Shown here piece by piece: positions 56,821-64,000 of a DNA stretch of 64,000 bases. The notes below the pieces were generated by a model, which was not told the origin of the DNA, ran no database searches, and worked only from the letters and a program-made list of their open reading frames with translations. Position 1 is the stretch's first letter; each line of letters starts with the position of its first letter. A program made the translations under genes and the position numbers. Source of the DNA: an uncultured bacterium (lineage in GTDB: Bacteria; Fidelibacterota; Marinisomatia; Marinisomatales; UBA1611); contig CALSPG010000006.1 in NCBI GenBank assembly GCA_943788175.1, forward strand, positions 1 to 64,000, given 5' to 3'.

Positions 56821-57362
56821 GATGATTCTAAATCTTTTATTTTATCTCTAATTCTTGCGGCTTTTTCGTACTCTTCTTCGTCAACTGCTTTTTTTAATTT
56901 AATTTCTAAATCTTCAACTGAATATTTTGGAAGTATATTTTGTTTGTCTGAAACTACTTCATCCTCGCCAACACCCGCCTCTTTAATAACTTCTGCAGTA
57001 ACATAAATTTGCGCATTTAGCCTTAGCGCAATAGAAATAGCATCGCTTGGTCTAGCATCTATTGTTTTTGTACCAAAATTATCACCACTTATTTTTAAAC
57101 TAGCATAAAAAACACCATCATTCAACTTTGAAATATTCACCGCCAATAATTTCCCATCAACTTTTGTAATTAAATCACAAATCAAATCATGAGTTAATGG
57201 CCTTGGTGTGTCTACTACTTCTATCGCCAAAGCTATAGATTGAGCCTCAAAGGAACCTACCAATATTGGTAAAAATAGTTGACTATGTTCATCCTTAAGA
57301 AGTACTGCGTAGCTCCTACTTGAAGGATGGTATGATATTTTTTCTACTTTTACTGGTATCAT
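56817..57362 (-). CDS. Bifunctional nuclease (DUF151) with UvrB/C motif
   Basis: LPILVGSFEAQSI, PRPLTHDL, DARPSDAI and EEYEKAARIRD. Confidence 0.92.
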   Translation of the reverse strand: MIPVKVEKISYHPSSRSYAVLLKDEHSQLFLPILVGSFEAQSIALAIEVVDTPRPLTHDLICDLITKVDGKLLAVNISKLNDGVFYASLKISGDNFGTKTIDARPSDAISIALRLNAQIYVTAEVIKEAGVGEDEVVSDKQNILPKYSVEDLEIKLKKAVDEEEYEKAARIRDKIKDLESS

Positions 57363-58396
57363 TATATTTTTGATAACTTGTCTTTCAAGACTTGTATGTT
57401 TTTAACAGGACTAGGGTCCGTATTATGTATAATTGCACACCAATAACTTAACCAATCCCCATAATGTATCAATAATAAGAATCGTTCTTTAAAATTGTCT
57501 CCCTCTACTTCAATTGTTTCTTGCTTAACTCTTAGCTCAGAAAGAATATTCGATATAATAGATTGCCTTGACTTGTTTCTTTCATTCATATCTTTATCCA
57601 TCAACCATAAAACAAAATAATTAGAAAAAAATTCGGCATTATTATGCCATCCTACAATTTCATTATGGTTCATTTCTGGATAAATATTATGGTATGCTAA
57701 GATTTTACTATTTTCACAAATCTGGCCTTTTAACCTTATGGCCACAGTATCGAGTCCATCAGAGTCCGCATATATAATAGGTAACTTTTTATATATCTTA
57801 TTAGCTAGTGCCCAAACAGGATTTTTATCTATATCCTCAGAGTATTCAATTCTTTTTGATTTTATTAATCTTGCAGCAGAATGAAGCCAGGGTTCAATAT
57901 CAGTATTAATAACACCAACTTTTTTCATGATAAATAATAAAGGTATGAAAGAAAATGCCAGCGCTGCTCGAGGTTGTAAACCAGGTGGTATCAAAACTTT
58001 ATCATAATCATATTTCCCACAAAGCATTTCTAGCTTCCCTCCAGTTGTGATGCCTATTACCTTGGCATTTATGGAGTTTGCTTTTTTTAAAATAGATAGA
58101 GTTTCTTCTGTATTTCCTGAATATGAGGAACATATAATTAAGGTTGAACTGTCTACCCATGAAGGAAGATTATATCCTCTATTAACAAAAAAAGGGATTT
58201 TAATATCTTCATTAATTAATGAGTTTACAACATCACCTCCTATGGCGGACCCTCCCATACCTGCAACGATGACTTTATTTACATTTTCGTAATCATTTTT
58301 AATTTTTACTTCTTCACTAATCTTTAATGCATCAATTATATTGTCAGGGAAATCCCAAATTGATTGAAACATATTGTCTTTATCTATTGTATTCAT
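57362..58396 (-). CDS. Bifunctional phosphoglucose/phosphomannose isomerase
   Basis: GMGGSAIGG, SSYSGNTEET, QPRAA, QICENSK and PEMNHNEI. Confidence 0.93.
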   Translation of the reverse strand: MNTIDKDNMFQSIWDFPDNIIDALKISEEVKIKNDYENVNKVIVAGMGGSAIGGDVVNSLINEDIKIPFFVNRGYNLPSWVDSSTLIICSSYSGNTEETLSILKKANSINAKVIGITTGGKLEMLCGKYDYDKVLIPPGLQPRAALAFSFIPLLFIMKKVGVINTDIEPWLHSAARLIKSKRIEYSEDIDKNPVWALANKIYKKLPIIYADSDGLDTVAIRLKGQICENSKILAYHNIYPEMNHNEIVGWHNNAEFFSNYFVLWLMDKDMNERNKSRQSIISNILSELRVKQETIEVEGDNFKERFLLLIHYGDWLSYWCAIIHNTDPSPVKNIQVLKDKLSKI

Positions 58397-59352
58397 TAAG
58401 AATGCCGTCCTTGAATAATTTTAAAAAACCTATAAACTTCACTATCTTGATTGAATCCAAGTTTTAGTAATGATTCGAAAGATGAATGAAAGTAAGTATT
58501 CGTAAGAGAATCTACCTCACTATTTATACCTTTAACTGTTAAAAAATTACGAATTTTTTCTAAATTATTACCATCAAATTCACTTACTAAATTGTTCCAT
58601 TCATCGCTATTTATCTTATTAGCAATCAATGCAATCGCTGTTTTTTTATTTGCACTAATATCACTACCTAAGCTTTTACCAATAACTTTTTCATCTCCAA
58701 AAATTTCAAAAATATCATCCTGCAATTGAAATGCAACTCCTAGACATTTACCGACATTATATAATTTTTCAACTTTCTCTGATGATTCACCTTGCATGAT
58801 AGCTGGTAGACATAAACAAGCCCCTAATAATGCACCTGTTTTTTTCTTTACCATATTAATGTATGCATCAAGCTCAATTTCTCCTTGACCTTCGAATTCT
58901 TTATCAAGCGCCTGGCCTTCACAAATTTCAAGCACCATTTCATTATACTTTTGTAAGAGTTTAGTTGACTGATGTTCCAAACTGATTAAAATTAATTGAC
59001 TTATAGTGAAAATACCGTCTCCAGCTAATATTGCTGATGAAACATCATATTTTTTATGCAAAGTTGGAACATTTCTTCTTGTATCATCAAAGTCCATAAT
59101 ATCATCATGAATTAGTGTAAAATTGTGTAGTAATTCAATACCTAAAGAAATCTTCATTAATTCATCAGGATCACTTTTAAAACTTCTTCCAGCTAAATGA
59201 ATTATTATAGGGCGATACCTTTTCCCTTTACTTTTAAGAGAATATTTTATGGGGTTGTAAAGGTATTTAGGCGATTCTGGTAAAGGAAAAGATTTAAGTG
59301 AATGATTAAATTCTTTGCGAATAAAATCAATAATTTGTGATAAATCACTCAT
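58396..59352 (-). CDS. Short-chain polyprenyl diphosphate synthase (GGPP/FPP synthase)
   Basis: GKRYRP, HNFTLIHDDIMD..RR, GQALD, KT and FQLQDD. Confidence 0.93.
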   Translation of the reverse strand: MSDLSQIIDFIRKEFNHSLKSFPLPESPKYLYNPIKYSLKSKGKRYRPIIIHLAGRSFKSDPDELMKISLGIELLHNFTLIHDDIMDFDDTRRNVPTLHKKYDVSSAILAGDGIFTISQLILISLEHQSTKLLQKYNEMVLEICEGQALDKEFEGQGEIELDAYINMVKKKTGALLGACLCLPAIMQGESSEKVEKLYNVGKCLGVAFQLQDDIFEIFGDEKVIGKSLGSDISANKKTAIALIANKINSDEWNNLVSEFDGNNLEKIRNFLTVKGINSEVDSLTNTYFHSSFESLLKLGFNQDSEVYRFFKIIQGRHS

Positions 59353-60720
59353 TTAATGTGAACTAGCTATAAGATTTCCAAATTCTTTTAACTTATCTAA
59401 TATAGTTTTTTGAATATGGTCCATATTCTCCGGAGTATCGCCTTCGAATCTGCAAACGATAACGGGTTGAGTATTCGAAGCTCGAACTAAACCCCATCCT
59501 CCATCAAACTTTACTCTTACACCATCTACCGTAATACATTCGTAATTTTCAATAAAATACTCTTCTGCTCTTTTAGCAATTTCAAATTTTTTCTCATCTG
59601 ATTCTACTTCTAAACGTATTTCAGGCGTTGAGAAATATTTCGGAATAGCAGCTTTTAATTCTGATAATTTTTTACCAGAATTAGATAATAATTGTATCAA
59701 TCGTCCTGCGACATAAATTGCATCATCATAGCCAAAGTAATCATCTGCAAAGAAAATATGGCCACTCATCTCACCACCTATCTTGCAATTACTTTCTGCC
59801 ATTTTATTCTTTATAAGCGAGTGTCCAGTATTCCACATTATTGGCTTCCCACCATACTTAAGGATCATGTCTTCTAGAGCTTTTGAACACTTCACATCAA
59901 AAATAACTTCATCTCCAGGTTCAATAATTTCTGATATCAGTATTGCGAGTAATTGATCAGCCCAGATAATATCACCAGTCTCGTCTACAACACCAAGCCT
60001 ATCAGCATCTCCATCAAAAGCAATTCCAACATCATATTTTCCAGATTTCATTTCCATTACTAAATCTTTTAAATTTTCTTCAACAGTCGGATCAGGATGA
60101 TGATTAGGAAATGTACCATCTGGTTCACAAAAAAGTTCTTTAAGCTCTATTCCAAGATCTTTAAATATTGCTGGAGCATTTATAGCTGCTGCTGCATTAC
60201 CACAATCCATAACAACTTTCATTTTCTTATCAATTTTTATCTTATTTTTAATCATCTTATTATATTCAGGAAGAAGTTTGTATCTGGTCTCAGAACCTTC
60301 CCCACTTTCAAAGTCTAAATTGATGATAAAGTTTTTTATTAATTGAATTTGATCACCATAAACTGGTTTTTTGTGTAACGAAAGCTTAAAACCATTGAAT
60401 TCAGGTGGATTATGACTGCCTGTTATTTGAACAGAGGCAGCTACATCTAGTTTAAAAAGACTGTAATAATTTACTGGTGTCGGAACAATGCCAATATTTA
60501 TCACATCTACCCCTGTTGAAAGAGTACCTTCTTTAAAATAATTGATTAAATCTGGAGTTGTTAATCTTATGTCACCACTTATTGCTATCTCTCTACCTCC
60601 TGAACGCTTAACAAGTGTCCCAAAAGCTTTACCTAATGCCAAAACCACTTCAGGTGGAAAATCTTCAATAACTTTTCCTCTAATATCATATTCTCTAAAT
60701 ATATATGGATTTACATTCAT
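59353..60720 (-). CDS. Phosphomannomutase/phosphoglucomutase (AlgC-like)
   Basis: FREYDIRG, TGSHNP, FDGDADR, GEMSGH and RASNTQP. Confidence 0.95.
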   Translation of the reverse strand: MNVNPYIFREYDIRGKVIEDFPPEVVLALGKAFGTLVKRSGGREIAISGDIRLTTPDLINYFKEGTLSTGVDVINIGIVPTPVNYYSLFKLDVAASVQITGSHNPPEFNGFKLSLHKKPVYGDQIQLIKNFIINLDFESGEGSETRYKLLPEYNKMIKNKIKIDKKMKVVMDCGNAAAAINAPAIFKDLGIELKELFCEPDGTFPNHHPDPTVEENLKDLVMEMKSGKYDVGIAFDGDADRLGVVDETGDIIWADQLLAILISEIIEPGDEVIFDVKCSKALEDMILKYGGKPIMWNTGHSLIKNKMAESNCKIGGEMSGHIFFADDYFGYDDAIYVAGRLIQLLSNSGKKLSELKAAIPKYFSTPEIRLEVESDEKKFEIAKRAEEYFIENYECITVDGVRVKFDGGWGLVRASNTQPVIVCRFEGDTPENMDHIQKTILDKLKEFGNLIASSH

Positions 60721-60803
60721 GACTTTTTGTTCCTTAAAATTATTTTATTACTTTTTAAAACAGGTTTGGCTATTTATGAATAATCTAGAAAAATTTTTAA
60801 AGA

Positions 60804-61877
60804 TTAAAATCTAGGAAGTTTTTTTAATAATCTCTTCCAATCAATATCATCTAATTTTTCTTTCATTTTTTTATACCCTATCCCATAATCAGGATCTGTG
60901 CTCTCATTCATCATTTTTAACCTATATTTACTTAGCTTAGATCCATAATGTTCATAAATCAAATCGGAGCCTAAATTACAAAAACCCTCCCTAATATCTG
61001 ATCTTAAATCTAATTTATTCTGAAAAAGATATACGTGAAGTAGCTCATGGGCTAAAACAGCTTTAAAAATCTCTTCATGCAAATTTGATAAAATATAAAT
61101 ATGATATTTTTGATCAATAATCCTACCTGCCATTGAACTTTCTTCATAGTTAGTATATCCTTGAATATTACCTAATCTATTTCCTGACATACGTATAAGT
61201 TCTTCCCTGCTATCTATTAATATTATTGGTAAATCTGTTGGCAGATTAACTATTCCAACTGTTTTAAGGATATCCAAAACATTGTTTAAAATTTTTCTTA
61301 ATTGAGACTTGTTTTTTATAACACTCGGTTTGCAAATGTTGCATACAAATCGATTACTATTTATTGAGTATCCTCCATTTGTTAATGGAGAACAAATGAG
61401 TCTACTGCAATTATCACAACTCGGCATTTTTTTATCATGATAGGCATGATAATAGTTGCCCCAGAAATCCTTAATATATTTATCTTCTACTGGCTGATGA
61501 CAAACGTCACATTTTGGTATAATGTATTCAATATAGCAACTTTCGTGATATTCCTTGCCCTCATGAATAGTGTAAATACCACTAATTATATCACTGCACT
61601 CTTCACACCTTTTTTGAATGAACTGCTGGTAACATGTTTTATGATAACTTTTACCTTTCGATGTATTGTAGGAACCATCTATTTTTTTTCCACATTGCTC
61701 ACAATAAATCTGAATGTATTTATCATAACAAGTATGATGATAATAACTTCCTTTATGAATTAGATACTGAGCACTTAAATCTTTATTACATGCTTTACAC
61801 GTTTTTTGATTACCAATTAATAGTGTACATGAAATAATAAATAAATATATACTGTATCTAAAAAAAAACTTATTCAT
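60804..61877 (-). CDS. Exported LIM-like Zn-finger + DA1-like zinc metallopeptidase
   Basis: Signal peptide, 3x CxxC-x16-HxxC, CDVC-x17-HxxH, CDNC...CNIC, AHELLH, EGFC and DPDYGIGY. Confidence 0.8.
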   Translation of the reverse strand: MNKFFFRYSIYLFIISCTLLIGNQKTCKACNKDLSAQYLIHKGSYYHHTCYDKYIQIYCEQCGKKIDGSYNTSKGKSYHKTCYQQFIQKRCEECSDIISGIYTIHEGKEYHESCYIEYIIPKCDVCHQPVEDKYIKDFWGNYYHAYHDKKMPSCDNCSRLICSPLTNGGYSINSNRFVCNICKPSVIKNKSQLRKILNNVLDILKTVGIVNLPTDLPIILIDSREELIRMSGNRLGNIQGYTNYEESSMAGRIIDQKYHIYILSNLHEEIFKAVLAHELLHVYLFQNKLDLRSDIREGFCNLGSDLIYEHYGSKLSKYRLKMMNESTDPDYGIGYKKMKEKLDDIDWKRLLKKLPRF

Positions 61878-61906
61878 CTATGATCGGAATACTCAAACTT
61901 AAGATA

Positions 61907-62266
61907 TTAAAAATTTCCTTTAAACTTATCCGTAGGGTATTTGATTCTATTTTTAATCATTTTTTTTGATACTGCTTCTGATATATCAATGTTGTTTTTA
62001 TTTGCAAAGGCAATGGCATATATAATTATATCCGCTAACTCATCAATAGCATCTTCCCTTGATTCCTTGTTGGACATTTTTTGTTCACATGACTTAGATG
62101 TGTCCCACTTAAAAATGTCCATTAATTCACTTGCTTCAATAGCAAGCGCCATTGATAAATTTTTTGCATTATGAAACTGAGACCATTCTCTTTCATCAAC
62201 AAATTTTTGAACAATATTTTTCAAACTGTTTATGGTATTATCTTTATCAATCATTAATATCTCCAA
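61907..62266 (-). CDS. MazG-like (dCTPase-type) nucleotide pyrophosphohydrolase
   Basis: FVDEREWSQFHNAKNLSMALAIEASEL, DELAD and KNRIKYP. Confidence 0.92.
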   Translation of the reverse strand: MEILMIDKDNTINSLKNIVQKFVDEREWSQFHNAKNLSMALAIEASELMDIFKWDTSKSCEQKMSNKESREDAIDELADIIIYAIAFANKNNIDISEAVSKKMIKNRIKYPTDKFKGNF

Positions 62267-62280
62267 TATTCAATAAACTA

Positions 62281-64000
62281 TTATTTTTTCATCCAATAGT
62301 TTAATTTAATTACTAGAGCATTTGCTGAGCTATTTGTCCACTCTTTATCATTTTCTGAATAATACCTATTCTCATTTATACTGTAGACAACAAATATCGT
62401 ACTCCCTGGGTTGTACTCCCATCTAAGAACAAATGTCCCAATTTTATTTTCTACTTTAAAATTTGGATTATCATACATTGATAAATAATCAAATGGTTCT
62501 AGTTCCATAGTTTTTGGAAATAATAAGTTGTTATAATTATTGTATTTTATGTCCGCATAAAAAGGTTGATAGTATCCTTCAAATGTTAAGTCAGGAGAGA
62601 ATGTCCAGTTTAAACGGAGTTGAAGTTGTTCAGTGACTTGTTTTGAATTTGAATATATTCGAGAATATTCTCCATCATTTTCAAATATGTCAACATATTG
62701 CATGTATTTTGGAGATATTTGTTTCTTATAAACTGCTTGAATATTTAAAGGGTCAATCGGTTTATAAAGGAGACTAAAATCTGTAAAATATCCTTTACCT
62801 CTACGTTTTGCATCACCGACACCAGCATCAATAGAAAAAATTATTTTTTTTCTCCTATCTGATTTAAGCCAAAATCCATAAAAGGCTAATTTTTCAGTAG
62901 CATAAACCCAAGCTCTATCATCTCTGAAAATATCTTCATCGTCATAAGCTGATTTTTCAAATTCGAACCAAGTTCCAAATCTCCAATAATTTTTTAATAA
63001 CGTCCATGATTCTATCTCAATAATATCTTCAAGAGTTACATCATCTCCGTTCCATTCTTGTTTTAATTTTAGTTCTAATGATCCTCCTAAGATTGGGCCA
63101 AAAGGTTCTTGTTGTCTAATCTTAACCATCATCCCCATCCAAGCTAAATTATTTCTTTTCAAATAACCTATATCATTAATATCAAAGTTATCATCATATC
63201 GCCCATGCCAAAATCTAAGTTCCCACCATTTAGGGTTTTTATATCCAAGGTTAAATCTATATGCATTGCCTTCTTCACTTGTATTTGACTTTACTATTTG
63301 CCCGTTAGAAAACAATCTATTGTTCAGCAAACCAATTTTCCAATCAACCCCTGCCACATTAGATGAATTAATGTCTTTCCTAGTCACATCGGTAGCCATG
63401 AAACCAACTCTTGAAAATTTATTTATAATTGATTTTTCAATTCTACCCACTGAAAAATTGGTTTGAGGCTCTACTAAAAAACTTTCTTTTTTATTATTTG
63501 AAGTAATTAAATCTGCACTTTCTTCAGATGTAATAGCATTTATCATTCCATAATTCCATCCAGACGTCGTGGACCCAAGCAATTTGAGCGCACCTATAAT
63601 AGTAGTATTATCTGATAAGTTTTCTAGGTCTCCACTATCTGGTTCAAAATAATTTGGAGCAGATCCAATTCTTCTAGAATGAAACAACTTAAGTTTATGT
63701 TGAAAAAAGCTGGCACCTTCCGAAAAAAATGGCCTTTTTTCATCATAAAAAGTCTCAAAAGCACTAAGGTTTAAAACAGAAGGATCTGCTTCAACTTGAC
63801 CAAAATCAGGATTAATTGTTGCCTTAATTATAGAACTTGAGCTCAAACCATAACGTAAATCTACCCCGTAGTTAAAATTGCTTTTTTGCTCCATAAAACT
63901 TGACAAGCCGTAAGGTACGATTTCGAGCTTTTTTGGCTCAGGGATGTCTCTTAGCCCTTTCAAAACACCAAATGAAGAAACTATACCAACATGTGATTTT
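62281..64000 (-). CDS. DUF5916-like outer-membrane beta-barrel (5' end beyond window)
   Basis: TINPDFGQVEADPSVLNLSAFETFYDEKRPFFSEG, LFHSRRIG and terminal KLNYW. Confidence 0.8.
   Translation of the reverse strand, partial: KSHVGIVSSFGVLKGLRDIPEPKKLEIVPYGLSSFMEQKSNFNYGVDLRYGLSSSSIIKATINPDFGQVEADPSVLNLSAFETFYDEKRPFFSEGASFFQHKLKLFHSRRIGSAPNYFEPDSGDLENLSDNTTIIGALKLLGSTTSGWNYGMINAITSEESADLITSNNKKESFLVEPQTNFSVGRIEKSIINKFSRVGFMATDVTRKDINSSNVAGVDWKIGLLNNRLFSNGQIVKSNTSEEGNAYRFNLGYKNPKWWELRFWHGRYDDNFDINDIGYLKRNNLAWMGMMVKIRQQEPFGPILGGSLELKLKQEWNGDDVTLEDIIEIESWTLLKNYWRFGTWFEFEKSAYDDEDIFRDDRAWVYATEKLAFYGFWLKSDRRKKIIFSIDAGVGDAKRRGKGYFTDFSLLYKPIDPLNIQAVYKKQISPKYMQYVDIFENDGEYSRIYSNSKQVTEQLQLRLNWTFSPDLTFEGYYQPFYADIKYNNYNNLLFPKTMELEPFDYLSMYDNPNFKVENKIGTFVLRWEYNPGSTIFVVYSINENRYYSENDKEWTNSSANALVIKLNYWMKK

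Overview
AT-rich (roughly 30% GC by eye) bacterial chromosome segment. The gene repertoire suggests an FCB-group marine lineage such as Marinimicrobia/SAR406; this is inference, based on a mitochondrial-type aconitase, a C25/PorU-like protein with a FlgD-Ig/CTD tail, an archaeal-type PGI/PMI and a DUF5916-like barrel. 1-20.2 kb (minus strand): surface-polysaccharide genes (gmd, an HTH-Wzz fusion, a multi-SLBB export protein), a 720-bp AT-rich spacer, a TonB-dependent receptor, tRNA-Sec (selC), nucleotide-sugar genes, TPR-SPOR, lapB/lapA, miaB, an M23 peptidase, serA and aconitase. 20.3-56.8 kb (mostly plus strand): PorU-like protein, maf, rodZ-like, the mraZ-ftsZ dcw cluster, rpmB, dus, pruA-arcC-sucCD-ndk, a SPOR lipoprotein with an (EDD)18 repeat, and yceD-rpmF-fabHDG-acpP-fabF-rnc. 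56.8-64 kb (minus strand): DUF151 nuclease, PGI/PMI, prenyl synthase, PMM/PGM, a secreted LIM/DA1-like Zn-peptidase, a MazG-like protein and a DUF5916-like barrel. Many genes in the first 14 kb, plus murE and mraY, are split by single-base insertions that look like long-read error. Best novelty candidate: a CI-like HTH fused to a Wzz co-polymerase, with two identical-arm palindromes (TTAATAAT-N5-ATTATTAA) upstream of its own operon. Next best: the exported DA1-like protease with tandem half-LIM fingers.
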